A stretch of DNA of 64,000 bases, taken from Pseudomonadota bacterium. Lineage in GTDB: Bacteria; Myxococcota; JACRCW01; JAFGSX01. The stretch lies in the NCBI GenBank assembly GCA_043821645.1, contig JBDRCO010000037.1, positions 64,001-128,000 on the forward strand. Direction: 5' to 3'. A program made the position numbers and the translations under genes. Below the pieces are notes generated by a model. It was not told the origin of the DNA. It did no database searches and saw nothing but the letters and a program-made list of their open reading frames with translations. Shown piece by piece: positions 30,901-40,438 of the stretch (its first letter is position 1; each line of letters opens with the position of its first letter).

Positions 30901-31349
30901 TGACCTCGGTCGAGATCGGCGACGGCGCCACCCACGGCAACGACGTCGACGGCGATGGCCACCCCAACTGGCTCGACACCGACGCGGACGGCGATGGCGA
31001 TCCCGATGGTCACGAGGGCCGTGGCGATCCCAACGGTAACGGCGTGCCCAGCTACCTCGATCCGGCCGAGGCCATCGATGTCATCGATGCCGACGGTGAT
31101 GCGGTGGCCGATGCCGCGGACAACTGCCCGGATCGGGCCAACGCGGACCAGGCAGATCGGGATCATGACGGCGTTGGCGACGTCTGCGACCGCGACGCGG
31201 ACGGGGATGGATTCGACGACGCGCTGCGGATCTACGGCGGAGGCATTGCCTGCGACTGTGCCCAGCCCGCAGGTCCGTCACAGACACTCTGGATCCTGGG
31301 TGTTCTTGGCGGCGCAGTGGCCTGGCGCCGGCGCCGAACGCATCCTTAG
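27951..31349 (+). CDS. Thrombospondin type-3 (DxDxDG) repeat adhesin with N-terminal ConA-like domain and MYXO-CTERM-like tag
   Basis: Signal peptide ending ALA-Q, a lectin-like beta domain ([11 protein letters not shown]...FDNVRI), dozens of DxDGDG motifs, DNCP...[16 protein letters not shown], and an ACDCA-TM-RRRR tail. Confidence 0.9.
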   Translation: MTSPDIANGALLSKRRALRGGLSLGITALWVSFLGPTPAALAQSTAFVEDFACPVTGSFGVPAGIYGWQASWTGDAWQTSVDVPGTVSPKTDDLVGSSFGAPLDEYENFLVTGHPLWDDVTLRVDVANADDDAFGVLVRYTAPQTYYACWMTNLRGPDCNGDGGDFTPAIRLMRVSTESCGASNNYIVDEVAYTFVEDITHWYTMELSAIGGQITCSVDTDENGSLETVLQYTDPSPLGPGLAGLLSWDNGNIAQAGAGGDLIFDNVRITIHDPDADGDGLPDAVEADIGTLPDNPDSDGDGISDRDEAMMPAHVPDTDGSGGIDPLDIDSDGDGVPDRVEAGDADLNTPPIDTDCDGLPDFRDTDSDGDGVLDGDEDLDGDGVLDPGETSSTIVDTDGDGWCDGSSNVSGVCQGGDNCTWVANPGQEDQDHDGVGDACEVPTDSDGDGLLDSVETSIGTDPHNPDSDGDGIGDAVETDNGQPGLDSDGDGTIDALDLDSDSDGVLDRVEGTRDSDGDGTGDWRDPDDDGDTIPTRVENAPWDPQPGETSDGTRFGNDVDGDGIPNYLDRDADGDGLTDAAEAGDTNLQTPPADADQDGIPDYLDPLPADGPDGDADGDGLTNGQEFALGTNPLDPDTDGDGVDDGTEVGDPASPRNTDGDAHIDALDPDDDGDGILTLRERQDAAAHGDDLDGDGVPPYLDLESDGDGIPDSVEGTGDVDGDGAPNYLDLDADGDGRPDLVEGTGDDDNDGLPNFLDPVDDDGPNADPDGDGLITSVEVGLGTDPYNPDSDGDGGDDSEETQGGTASVDTDGDGVIDALDPDDDGDGILTRTERDHGALHGDDVDGDGHPNWLDTESDGDGLDDTVEGTGDVDGDGVPNYLDLDADGDGKPDQVEGIEDLDGDGVPGFLDPVDDDGPDADPDGDGLTNIQETTLGTDPYNPDTDGDGLDDATEVGPDLANPQDHDGDGVPDALDPDDDGDGILTSVEIGDGATHGNDVDGDGHPNWLDTDADGDGDPDGHEGRGDPNGNGVPSYLDPAEAIDVIDADGDAVADAADNCPDRANADQADRDHDGVGDVCDRDADGDGFDDALRIYGGGIACDCAQPAGPSQTLWILGVLGGAVAWRRRRTHP

Positions 31350-31402
31350 TCTCGCGACGTCACCGCGGCGCGCGTTCATGTCAGCAGCTCTGGAGGAAAG
31401 CC

Positions 31403-33328
31403 GTGAGAGACCCCTTCCGCGCCCTGGCCCTGGTGGCCGCGGTGTCGAGCTTCACGCCGGACGCCCTGGCCCAGGAAGCGGCCGATTTCGCCCTCGAACG
31501 TTTGCGTCCGGCCATGGATCGCGAGGGCATCAACGACGTCGAGTCCGGCGAGACGGGTCTGCACCTCGACTATGACGCGGCCCTGTGGCTGGGCTACGCG
31601 CTCAATCCGCTGGTGCTGGTGCGCGCGGATGCCGACGGCAACCTCGAGCGTGTGGGGACCCTGGTGGGCCATCGTCTTGGCGGCAACCTGGTGGCGTCGG
31701 TGAACCTCTTCGACTGGGTCAAGCTGGGCCTCGACCTGCCCTTCGTGCTGTACCAGGACCGCGGCGGGGGCTTACCTCGCGACCTCGCCGATCTCGACGC
31801 CCTTCAACCCGTCGGTCTCGGCGATCTTCGCCTGATTCCCAAGGTCGCCCTGTTGCAGCAGGACTGGGCAGCAGTCAACCTGGCACTGCTGCTGCCGTTC
31901 ACGCTGCCCACGCACATCCCCGGTGCTGCGTACCTCGGTGACAGCTTCCTCACCGTGGCTCCTGAGCTTGCGATCTCGCAGAACCTCGGGCCCTTCACCT
32001 GGGCCGGCAACCTGAGCTACCGCTGGCGTCCCGAGACGACGCTCATCGATCTCAGCGTTGGGCAGGAACTGGGGTATCGCCTGGGCGCGGCCTTCCGCCT
32101 GCACGACGTCGCCGCACTGCCCATGACCCTGGCCGCCAGTCTCAATGGTTCGACGCCCCTGCTGGCGCCCTTTCAGCAGCTCAATCAGAACCCACTCGAG
32201 CTGCTGTTCCTGGTTCGCTACGACCTGACGCCCGCCCTGGAGCTGTTTGGAGGCACAGGCACCACCCTCGCAGCAGGCTTTGGCGCCCCGGATCTGCGCC
32301 TGGTGGGTGGCGTGCGCTGGGCTCCCCGGGTCCGGGATCGCGATGGCGACGGTTTCAAGGACCGTGAGGACGGGTGTCCTGACGAGCCCGAGGACAGGGA
32401 CGGCTTCGAAGACAGCGACGGCTGTCCCGAACCCGACAACGACAGGGACGGCGTTCTCGACGGTGTGGATACCTGCCCGCTTGAGCCTGAAGACGTGGAC
32501 GGGTTCGAGGACGCGGACGGCTGCCCGGATCCGGACAACGATCAGGACACAGTTCTCGACGCCGAGGACAAGTGTCCGCGCACGGCCGGCCTGCCCGAGG
32601 AGAACGGATGTCCGCGCCACGACCGCGATGGCGACGGCATCGTCGACAAGAAGGACAAGTGTCCGGAAGAGGCCGAGGACATGGATGCCTTCGAGGACGC
32701 GGACGGCTGCCCGGACCTCGACAATGACAAAGACGATGTGCCCGATGTCGAAGACAAGTGTCCGTTGGACCCCGAGGACAAGGACGAATTCGAGGATACG
32801 GACGGTTGCCCGGATCCCGACAACGACCAGGACGGGATCCTGGATCCCGACGACAAGTGTCCCCTCGAGAAGGAGGTGATCAACGGCGTCGAGGACGAAG
32901 ACGGCTGTCCGGACAAGGGTCGTCAGATCGTGATCGTGACCAAGGAGAAGATCGAGATCACCCAGCAGGTCTACTTTGACTTCGGCAAGGCGACCATCGA
33001 ACAGCGCAGCCACGACCTTCTCAAGCAGGTGGCGCTGACCCTCAAGGCCAATGCGCAGATCTCGAAGATCCGCATCGAGGGCCACACTGACGACATCAGC
33101 AGCGAGGAGTTCAACCTCGAACTGTCGCAGAAGCGCGCCGAGGCGGTCCGCGACTTCCTGGTGGCCCAGGGGGTCGAGGCCAATCGCCTCGAGGCCCAGG
33201 GCTTCGGGGAGAGCCGGCCCATCGACAGGCGCCAGACCGAGGCTGCGCGCGAGAAAAACCGCCGCGTCGAATTCAATATAGTGGAGATCAACGGCCAGCC
33301 TGCCGTTTCCCCCGAGCCATTGCCGTGA
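31403..33328 (+). CDS. TraB-like OmpA-family protein: N-terminal beta-barrel, TSP3 repeats, C-terminal OmpA peptidoglycan-binding domain
   Basis: Signal peptide, barrel strands (GLGDLRL, APDLRLVGGVRW), D.CP...ED.DGF.D.DGCP repeats, and VYFDFGKA...IEGHTD...LSQKRAEAV...NRRVEF. Confidence 0.92.
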   Translation: MRDPFRALALVAAVSSFTPDALAQEAADFALERLRPAMDREGINDVESGETGLHLDYDAALWLGYALNPLVLVRADADGNLERVGTLVGHRLGGNLVASVNLFDWVKLGLDLPFVLYQDRGGGLPRDLADLDALQPVGLGDLRLIPKVALLQQDWAAVNLALLLPFTLPTHIPGAAYLGDSFLTVAPELAISQNLGPFTWAGNLSYRWRPETTLIDLSVGQELGYRLGAAFRLHDVAALPMTLAASLNGSTPLLAPFQQLNQNPLELLFLVRYDLTPALELFGGTGTTLAAGFGAPDLRLVGGVRWAPRVRDRDGDGFKDREDGCPDEPEDRDGFEDSDGCPEPDNDRDGVLDGVDTCPLEPEDVDGFEDADGCPDPDNDQDTVLDAEDKCPRTAGLPEENGCPRHDRDGDGIVDKKDKCPEEAEDMDAFEDADGCPDLDNDKDDVPDVEDKCPLDPEDKDEFEDTDGCPDPDNDQDGILDPDDKCPLEKEVINGVEDEDGCPDKGRQIVIVTKEKIEITQQVYFDFGKATIEQRSHDLLKQVALTLKANAQISKIRIEGHTDDISSEEFNLELSQKRAEAVRDFLVAQGVEANRLEAQGFGESRPIDRRQTEAAREKNRRVEFNIVEINGQPAVSPEPLP

Positions 33329-33333
33329 GTGTC

Positions 33334-33354
33334 GGGCGTCGTCACCCGACGCCC
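33334..33354 (+). terminator. GC-rich hairpin just after the OmpA gene (possible terminator)
   Basis: GGGCGTCG-TCACC-CGACGCCC forms a perfect 8-bp stem 5 bp after the stop codon. There is no U-tract. Confidence 0.35.
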
Positions 33355-33445
33355 AGCGGGCCTTCGGCTTTGCGCCAGATCGTGCAGGCGGCCCGGACGT
33401 TTGCAGGGGGGGGTAAAAAAGGGGCATCGTCGCAAGGGGGATTTC

Positions 33446-34261
33446 ATGAAGAGCTGGACCTGGGCCATCTTCGTCGCCGCGGCGGCCCTAATTGCGGCCG
33501 CTGTCGTCTTCACCCAGCGAAGCAGCGAGACCTCGCTGCACGGTGTCGAACCCCCTGAGCGCGAGTGGCCCGCCGAGCCACCACCCGAGCCGTTGCCTCG
33601 TCCCTTCGAGGGCTTCGAGCCGCAGCGTCCCGCGATACGGCAGCCCCTGCAGCGACCGTCGCGGGCCGCCAGCCAGGTCCCATTGAACCGCACCACTCCC
33701 ATCCGCGGCAGGGTGCAGGAGCCGTGGGTGCAGCGTCAGTCCTCGCCCTCGGTCGAGCGGCGGGAGGGGTCGCTGAGCTATCGTTTTGCACCGGGACTCG
33801 CCCCGGTACAGGCCGGGTGCCTGCGCGCGGGCAGCTTCGAGGTCACGCAGCCCCGGCTCGATGCCGCGAGGCTGCGTCTGTCTGCCTGCCGCGGTACCGC
33901 CTCGGCCTGCGCGGGCAGCGGAGGCAACTGGGTACTGGCCCGGGTGTGCCCGCAGGGCCGCAGTGGCGTCGAGAGCTGCACGGATCTTCCGGCCTTCGTC
34001 GACTACGGGCACTTCTCGCTGTCGAGCTGGATGGAACTCGGGTCTGCTCTCGCACGCCCCGGGCGCTACGACGTGCACTTCTGCGACGCGGGCTGTGCCC
34101 AGGCACCGTCAGAGGTGCATGGTCCGTGCTGCTCACCCGGGGACTGCACGGCCTGCCAGGGCGACATCCCCACGGCTTGTCCAGGACCCTTCACCGGGCC
34201 CTACGCCTTCGCGCACCTGAACTGGATCGAGGTCGAGCTGGAGGACATGGGCGCGCACTGA
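33446..34261 (+). CDS. Hypothetical membrane-anchored protein with Pro-rich linker and Cys-rich C-terminal domain
   Basis: ATG preceded by AAGGGGG. N-terminal hydrophobic helix (WAIFVAAAALIAAAVVF) and many Cys in the C-terminal half. Confidence 0.6.
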   Translation: MKSWTWAIFVAAAALIAAAVVFTQRSSETSLHGVEPPEREWPAEPPPEPLPRPFEGFEPQRPAIRQPLQRPSRAASQVPLNRTTPIRGRVQEPWVQRQSSPSVERREGSLSYRFAPGLAPVQAGCLRAGSFEVTQPRLDAARLRLSACRGTASACAGSGGNWVLARVCPQGRSGVESCTDLPAFVDYGHFSLSSWMELGSALARPGRYDVHFCDAGCAQAPSEVHGPCCSPGDCTACQGDIPTACPGPFTGPYAFAHLNWIEVELEDMGAH

Positions 34262-34405
34262 GATCTCGCTACCGCCGGCCACAGCTCTCGACGTCAGCTG
34301 GCGCAAGCTGCGCGTGCTCGCGCCTTGACACCCCTCGGCACCACGGCCGACACTGCATCCGTGGCCCTTCCGTCGACGGTGCACGCACGCGCAGAGGAAC
34401 CGACC

Positions 34406-34918
34406 ATGGCCCCTGACCTTGGAATCGACGTCGAGACCTTCAAGAAGGAGTGCCGCCTTTTCGAGCTGCTCGATGAGGCCGGGCGCCTGCGCATGATGGA
34501 AGCGGCCGAGCCTGCCCTGTACGCCGACGGTGACACGATCGTTCGGGAGGGTGACCCGGGCACAAGCATGTTCGTGATCCGCAAAGGCGGCGTGCGTGTG
34601 GTCATCGAGGCGCTCGAGGGCGAGAAGGAAGTCGCGCGTCTGGGTGCCGGGTCCTTCTTTGGCGAGATGGCCGTGGTGCTGGGCGAGCCGCGCTCGGCTT
34701 CCGTCATTGCCGACGGGGCGGTCGATGCCTGGTGCTTTGGCAAGCTCCCCATCGACGCCATCCTGCTCGACTACCCCAAGGTCCGCGAGGTGCTCGCGCG
34801 TCTCAGCCTCAAGCGTAGCGAGATGACCCTGGAGAAGATGCTCGAGACCGATGACAGCGCGGCGTTTGCGGACAGCGATGACGATTCCGTGGACGACGAT
34901 GAGACCGGGGATCCGTGA
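34406..34918 (+). CDS. Cyclic nucleotide-binding domain protein with acidic tail (no HTH)
   Basis: IVREGDPG.SMFVI..G.V...GSFFGEMAVV...PRSASVIA. GAGGA RBS. Confidence 0.9.
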   Translation: MAPDLGIDVETFKKECRLFELLDEAGRLRMMEAAEPALYADGDTIVREGDPGTSMFVIRKGGVRVVIEALEGEKEVARLGAGSFFGEMAVVLGEPRSASVIADGAVDAWCFGKLPIDAILLDYPKVREVLARLSLKRSEMTLEKMLETDDSAAFADSDDDSVDDDETGDP

Positions 34919-34948
34919 CATGGCACCGGGCTGAACCCGGTCACAGCA

Positions 34949-35596
34949 TCACATCTCGCGAAGCAGACCCGCGATCATGCCGCGCAGGTTCTCGGCCTGC
35001 TCCACCATGGTGTCGTCGATGCCATCCACCGAGGCGAGGGTCTCGATGAGCTTGGCGCTCTGGCTGAGGGCGGACCGCAGCAGTGTGCGCGGCTCGGCCT
35101 TCTGCTGGCGGGGTCGGCTGGTGAAGGCCTGGGGTGCCTCTTCACGAAAGCGTTTTCGCAGCTCGCTGACGCCCAGGTCCTCGTCGAAGGCGGCCTGGGA
35201 CAGGTCGCGGTACACGGGTTCGGGGACGCGCTCGTTGTCCTTCATGCGCGCCAGCAAGTCGACGCTTCGATAGTCTGGCACCCGCGGTGGTGGCTCGCCC
35301 TGAGCAGGCATCTGCACCATGCTGGGCTGGGCCTCGGACAGGTACAGGAAGCTGCGACAGAGCTTGGCGGCGGTGTCGCTGGTGATGCGCAGCTCGTCCT
35401 TGCAGTAGTCGTTGAAGTTCTCGAAGCCCCAGTCGCGGAAGGACTGGCTGGTGCGAACCCGCGTCAGTTCCTCGCCCAGACGCACCCAGGACGCCTTGAA
35501 CTCGAGAGCGGCATTGAGCACGCCATAGCGCATGGATTCCGGATCCAGCTCCGCCAGGCGCTCTTCGATGATGGTCTCGCCGCGGGTCTTGCTCAT
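34949..35596 (-). CDS. Hypothetical helical protein coupled to the DEAD-box helicase gene
   Basis: 215 aa with an ATGA overlap on the helicase stop. Contains FKASW..LG..L...F.DWG...F..YC..EL.I. Confidence 0.75.
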   Translation of the reverse strand: MSKTRGETIIEERLAELDPESMRYGVLNAALEFKASWVRLGEELTRVRTSQSFRDWGFENFNDYCKDELRITSDTAAKLCRSFLYLSEAQPSMVQMPAQGEPPPRVPDYRSVDLLARMKDNERVPEPVYRDLSQAAFDEDLGVSELRKRFREEAPQAFTSRPRQQKAEPRTLLRSALSQSAKLIETLASVDGIDDTMVEQAENLRGMIAGLLREM

Positions 35597-37329
35597 CGTC
35601 GGCCTCGTCCTCCTCCTCCGCTCCGGCCCCGGGGTGGCCCCTGCCTGCCGCCACGGCTGCTCCTGTCACCGCCGCTGCGTCCGGAGCGTTCGGGCCCACG
35701 GTGGCTGCGCTCTGCGCGCAGAGTCAGCGGGCGACCGTCGGGAAGGGTGAGGGCCTCGCTGCGCTGTAGCAGCTCGCGCGCCACTTCCGCCTCGATGTCG
35801 GCAAAGGATCGATCGGGCTCGACCTGCACCTCGAGGATGGACGACTCCGGCACCTGGCCCTGCGTGTGCAGCACCTGGCGCAGGGTGGCCTCGTCGAGAT
35901 TGTGGTCCGCGCCGGCGTCGATGAGCACGCGTTGCGGTGTGCTGCCCGAGTCCATCCGCCCGCGGCCAGTGCGCTGACCCGGGGTGCGCTCCTCGGAGAA
36001 GTAGGTTCGTAGCAAGAAGGCTACGGCCTCGGCTCCCTGGTCGCGGTCCATCAGGCTGCGCGCGATCTGCAGATACTGGCTGGCCTCGACATGCTCGGCG
36101 TCCGTGAACAGGGTGCGCAGGATGCGATCGGTCTCGATCTCCACGATGGTCTCCGCTGAGGGCAGGGTGCGCTCCTCGAACTGCACGTCATAAAGGCGCT
36201 CGATCTCGCGAAGGCGCGAGGCCGAGAGGCCCCGGATCAGGGACACGGCCGCACCACGCTTGCCGATGCGACCGGTGCGCCCGGCCCGGTGCAGATACAC
36301 CTCGGTGTGCTCGGGCAGGTCGTAGTTGAACACGTGGGACAGCTCGCTGATGTCGATGCCCCGGGCGGCCACGTCGGTGGCCACCAGCAGCGGCAGCTCG
36401 TGTGCCTTGACCTGGGCCATCACGCGCTCGCGCTCGCGCTGGCCGAGGTCGCTGTTGAGCAGGCCGGCCTTGAAACCGAAGCGCCTGAGCACGCTGTAGA
36501 TCAGCTCGGTCTCGCCGCGGCGATTGCAGAACACGATGGCCGAGTCGGGCTTCTCGACCTCGATGACATGCAGGAAAGCGCGTGGCTTGGGCATGGTGTC
36601 ATCGACGCGGTAGATGACGTTGGCGATGCCGGCCACGGTCATCTCGTCGCCGCTGAGCTCGATGCGCTGCGGATCGCGCAGGTAGCGCGCGGCTGCGGTC
36701 TGGATCGCCTGGGGCAGGGTGGCCGAGAACAGCAGGGTCTGGTGTGGACCGCGAATGCGCTCGAGCACGCTGGTGACTTCTTCCCAGAAGCCCATCGACA
36801 GCATCTCGTCGGCCTCATCGAGCACCATGAACTCGACGCGCTCGACCCGCAGGGTGCCGCGGCGCATGTGATCGAGCACCCGGCCGGGTGTGCCGACGAC
36901 GATGTCGACGCCTCCGCGCAGGGCATCGAGCTGGGGTCCGAAGGCCGCACCGCCGTAGATGCAGGTGACCCGTAGCCCGGTGTGGCGGCCGATGGCTGCA
37001 AGCTCCCGTGCCACCTGCATGGCCAGCTCGCGGGTCGGGCACAGGGTCAGGGAGCGAATGCGGTCGGGCAGGTGCTGGCCCAGGCGCTGCACGATGGGGA
37101 CGCCAAAGGCCGCGGTCTTGCCGCTGCCGGTCTTGGCCTGGACGATCAGGTCATGGCCGTCCACCACCTGGGCGTAGGTCTCGCGCTGCACCGGGGTGGG
37201 GCCCTGGTAGCCAAGCTCGCCCAGGCCCTTGAGCACCTGCTCGCTCAGCCCCAGCTCCTCGAAGGAGCCGCTGGGCATCTGGCTGTTTTCGACGCGCTCG
37301 CTGGCGCTGGAATCAGAGGTCGTTGTCAT
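35593..37329 (-). CDS. DEAD-box RNA helicase (DeaD/CsdA-like, with DbpA-type RNA-binding C-terminal domain)
   Basis: Q motif, AKTGSGKT, PTRELA, TPGR, DEAD, SAT, ARGID and HRAGRTGR, with an RG-rich tail. Confidence 0.93.
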   Translation of the reverse strand: MTTTSDSSASERVENSQMPSGSFEELGLSEQVLKGLGELGYQGPTPVQRETYAQVVDGHDLIVQAKTGSGKTAAFGVPIVQRLGQHLPDRIRSLTLCPTRELAMQVARELAAIGRHTGLRVTCIYGGAAFGPQLDALRGGVDIVVGTPGRVLDHMRRGTLRVERVEFMVLDEADEMLSMGFWEEVTSVLERIRGPHQTLLFSATLPQAIQTAAARYLRDPQRIELSGDEMTVAGIANVIYRVDDTMPKPRAFLHVIEVEKPDSAIVFCNRRGETELIYSVLRRFGFKAGLLNSDLGQRERERVMAQVKAHELPLLVATDVAARGIDISELSHVFNYDLPEHTEVYLHRAGRTGRIGKRGAAVSLIRGLSASRLREIERLYDVQFEERTLPSAETIVEIETDRILRTLFTDAEHVEASQYLQIARSLMDRDQGAEAVAFLLRTYFSEERTPGQRTGRGRMDSGSTPQRVLIDAGADHNLDEATLRQVLHTQGQVPESSILEVQVEPDRSFADIEAEVARELLQRSEALTLPDGRPLTLRAERSHRGPERSGRSGGDRSSRGGRQGPPRGRSGGGGRGRR

Positions 37330-37548
37330 CAGGTTTTCTCTCTCGCGGCCCCATGTTGCACAGCCACGGCCCGGGAGCAAGCGCGGGGCGCAGGTGGTCC
37401 TCCCGGACCGGGACCGCTGGTGGCCAGCCTGCACCCTGTGCGCTACATGGCACACGGCGCGTCCGCTGGCTGTCTGCAGGGCTGGTGGGCGCGGTCTGAC
37501 TGTGGCGCCCGGCAGCTGCCGGAGCCCTTCACCGCGGGAGGATACTGC

Positions 37549-37989
37549 ATGACCACCATCGCCGAGATCCTGGAACACAAGAACCGCACCGTGCACAGCA
37601 TTGAGCCCGACGCCATGGTGTTCGAGGCCGTCAAGAAGATGGTCGCCACCAACGTGGGCTCGCTCATCGTGCAGCAGGGTGACGACGTGGTGGGGATCAT
37701 CACCGAGCGCGACTACCTGAGGCAGATCGTGCTCAAGGACCGCTCGTCCAAGACCACCCCGGTACGCGACATCATGTCAGCCAAGGTGGTCGTGGTTTCG
37801 CCCGAGACCACCCTCGAGGAGAGCATGGCCGTGATGACACAGCGGCGTTTCCGGCATCTTCCGGTGGTCGAGGGAGGAAAGGTCGTTGGCCTGGTGTCCG
37901 CAGGGGACATGATCAAGCAGCTGTCCCGGGACCAGCAGGTGCACCTCAAGTATCTCGAGGACTACATCTCGGACCGCTACCCTCGCTGA
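37549..37989 (+). CDS. CBS-domain pair protein
   Basis: NVGSLIV...GIITERDY...VRDIM...RFRHLPVV..GKVVGLVS.GD. GGAGG RBS. Confidence 0.92.
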   Translation: MTTIAEILEHKNRTVHSIEPDAMVFEAVKKMVATNVGSLIVQQGDDVVGIITERDYLRQIVLKDRSSKTTPVRDIMSAKVVVVSPETTLEESMAVMTQRRFRHLPVVEGGKVVGLVSAGDMIKQLSRDQQVHLKYLEDYISDRYPR

Positions 37990-38082
37990 AGCCCCGGCTC
38001 ACCCCGCATTTGACAGGCCCCGAGCAGACTCGATACCTTGACGCCGTGGACCACGCCGAGACGGCGGGTCAATGGGTGAACC

Positions 38083-39468
38083 ATGAGGAAGCGAATCATC
38101 GAATTGTGTGTCCTGCTGGGGATCACCTGCGGCCTCGCCATCCACCAGGTGGCCTGCGAGTGCGATCCGCCCTCTCTGGTGGACATCCCGGAGCCGGATA
38201 GCCAGACCGATATCTTCTCGCAGAAGGCGGCCGCCGAGGTCGACATCCTGTGGGTCGTGGACAACTCGGAGTCCATGGAAGCCGAGCAGAACAAGATCGC
38301 GGACCGCTTCAGCACCTTCTTCAAGCAGCTGCTCATCTCGCAGGTCAACTTTCACATCGGCGTGATCACCACGGACATCGACGAGGGCGGAGCGCTGCAG
38401 CAGTACACGGGTCAGATCGTGGCGAACTGCGACGGCTGCCGCTTCATCACCAAGGACGTGCCCTGCCCGAATCCCGACGTGAGCTTCAACCCCGGTACAC
38501 CCGAGGCCCAGATCGAGGCGGGTCTGGCCACCGAGTGTCCGTCGCAACTGGTGTTTCGCAAGCTGATCAAGGTCGGCACCGATGGCGCCAACTTCGAACA
38601 GGGTCTCACCACTGCGGCCCTGGCGCTGGGGGCCCGCATCGATCCGGCGACCGGTGGCCCGCAGGTCGACTCCAGTGGCAACCGCATCATCCCGCCCGAG
38701 AACGTGGGCTTTCTGCGCTCGACTGCGAGCCTGTACCTGATCTTCGTCAGCGACGAGCAGGACAGCTCGCGAGGACCCACCCGCTACTTCTACCGCCTGT
38801 TCGAGGGCCTCAAGTACGCGGGGAACGAGAACCGGATCGGCATCTCCGCGATCACGGGGTGGCCCGTCGAGAGTCAGGGCATCCCGATGGACCGCGTGTG
38901 CGAGATCCTGGACTCCAGCTTCGACAGCGATCCTGGCAACGACGACCCCAACCTGCAGACCGTGTACGACATCATGGACATGACCTACGGCGGCTGCTTC
39001 GACCCCAGTGACTCGAGCCCCAATCGCTTCGCGGCGGTGGGCGCTCGTTTCGTCGAGCTGGCCTGCCGCACCGGCGGCGTGGTGGCAGATATCTGCTCCG
39101 ATAGCTACTCGGACGCCCTCGAGGACCTGGGCGCCAATGCTGCAGGCCTGCTGCGCAAGTTCGAGCTGTCCAAGCCCGCGACGGAGGTTCACTTCGGCGT
39201 GGATTGCGAGCCCTTCACCTCGGACGATCCCTCGGTGGCCTGCGGCGAGATCAGCGAGGTGGATCACGCCTCGCCGCTGTGTGTGATCGCCACGCCGCTG
39301 GCCGGCGGCGGGGAGACCGTGGTGCCCATGTCAGAGGTCAGTGGCTGGCGCTTCGAGAAGAGCACCAACAGCATTCGCTTCGACGGTTCCTTCGTCCCGG
39401 CACCGGGTACCGAGGTTCGCATCAGCTACAAGCTGCGCCCCTCGTCCCTGCCCAAGTGCACGAACTGA
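38083..39468 (+). CDS. VWA (MIDAS) domain lipoprotein, myxobacterial CglB/MtsD-like family
   Basis: Lipobox VA-CEC, VDILWVVDNSESM (DxSxS), HIGVITTD, LIFVSDE, and C-terminal GW.F....NSIRF...PGTEVRISY. Confidence 0.82.
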   Translation: MRKRIIELCVLLGITCGLAIHQVACECDPPSLVDIPEPDSQTDIFSQKAAAEVDILWVVDNSESMEAEQNKIADRFSTFFKQLLISQVNFHIGVITTDIDEGGALQQYTGQIVANCDGCRFITKDVPCPNPDVSFNPGTPEAQIEAGLATECPSQLVFRKLIKVGTDGANFEQGLTTAALALGARIDPATGGPQVDSSGNRIIPPENVGFLRSTASLYLIFVSDEQDSSRGPTRYFYRLFEGLKYAGNENRIGISAITGWPVESQGIPMDRVCEILDSSFDSDPGNDDPNLQTVYDIMDMTYGGCFDPSDSSPNRFAAVGARFVELACRTGGVVADICSDSYSDALEDLGANAAGLLRKFELSKPATEVHFGVDCEPFTSDDPSVACGEISEVDHASPLCVIATPLAGGGETVVPMSEVSGWRFEKSTNSIRFDGSFVPAPGTEVRISYKLRPSSLPKCTN

Positions 39469-39480
39469 GAGGACACCGTC

Positions 39481-40419
39481 ATGAACAGAACCCACCTCCT
39501 CCTCGTTCTTGGCGCGGTCACCCTGCTCGGCCTCGGCCTCTCGGGTGCCATCTGCGGCACCACCGTCAACCAGGATTCCTGCACCGTCGACGCCGAGTGC
39601 AACCCCGGCGGTGGCAACAACTGGAGATGCGACCAGGGCTCGGGCAACTGCCTGTGCAACAACAACTCGGCCTGTGATGCGGACACTGAGTTCTGCAACC
39701 CGCAGGGCTTCTGCCAGGAACGTGCAGGCTGCTACAGCAACATCGACTGCACGGCGCCCAGCTTCTGCGACATCACCACTGGCGAGTGCCTGGACCCGCG
39801 CAATGCCAGCAAGAATTGCTCGGTCGATACGCACTGCCCCTTCCTCTACTACTGCAATGGCGCGGTCTGCGTGCCGGGCTGCCAGGACGCCAGCGACTGT
39901 CCGCTGGGTTACGGCTGCTTGCTCAACACCTGCGTCGAGGGCGGCTGCTCGACGCGCCTGGACTGCGACTACGGCGAGAAGTGCGTGAGCAACCGCTGCG
40001 CGCCGGGTATCGACGCCAACACCTGCCATGACTGCTCGTCCACGATGGGTCGGGCCAGCTGCGTCGCCAGCGGACACGAGTGCCTGATCAACCAGACCTA
40101 CGACTCGGCGGATCCCCGGACGCGGCCTGAAGAATATTGCACGCCCACCTGCTCGACGGACGAGGACTGCCCCATGGGCTTCTTCTGCGCCGAGATCTTC
40201 ACCGTCACGTCGACCTGCACGCGGGGCCAGACCTGCGCCAACGGCCAGACCTGCCGCGTTGGCTCCGAGGCCACCACGGGCTACTGTCCCTGCCTGACCA
40301 ACGGCGACTGTCCCATGGGGACGGGTCCCTGCAACGACGACGGGCTGTGCCTGTACAGCATGGCCTGCGGTCTGTTCTCCAACCTGCAATGCTACGACGT
40401 CGGCGTGACCAATCCCTGA
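39481..40419 (+). CDS. Cysteine-rich repeat secreted protein or lipoprotein (C-x-x-D-x-x-C repeats)
   Basis: Signal peptide ending GAI-C. Cys occurs about every 5-6 residues in C..D..C....C....C units. Confidence 0.85.
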   Translation: MNRTHLLLVLGAVTLLGLGLSGAICGTTVNQDSCTVDAECNPGGGNNWRCDQGSGNCLCNNNSACDADTEFCNPQGFCQERAGCYSNIDCTAPSFCDITTGECLDPRNASKNCSVDTHCPFLYYCNGAVCVPGCQDASDCPLGYGCLLNTCVEGGCSTRLDCDYGEKCVSNRCAPGIDANTCHDCSSTMGRASCVASGHECLINQTYDSADPRTRPEEYCTPTCSTDEDCPMGFFCAEIFTVTSTCTRGQTCANGQTCRVGSEATTGYCPCLTNGDCPMGTGPCNDDGLCLYSMACGLFSNLQCYDVGVTNP

Positions 40420-40438
40420 TGACGGACCAGGTCAGCGC

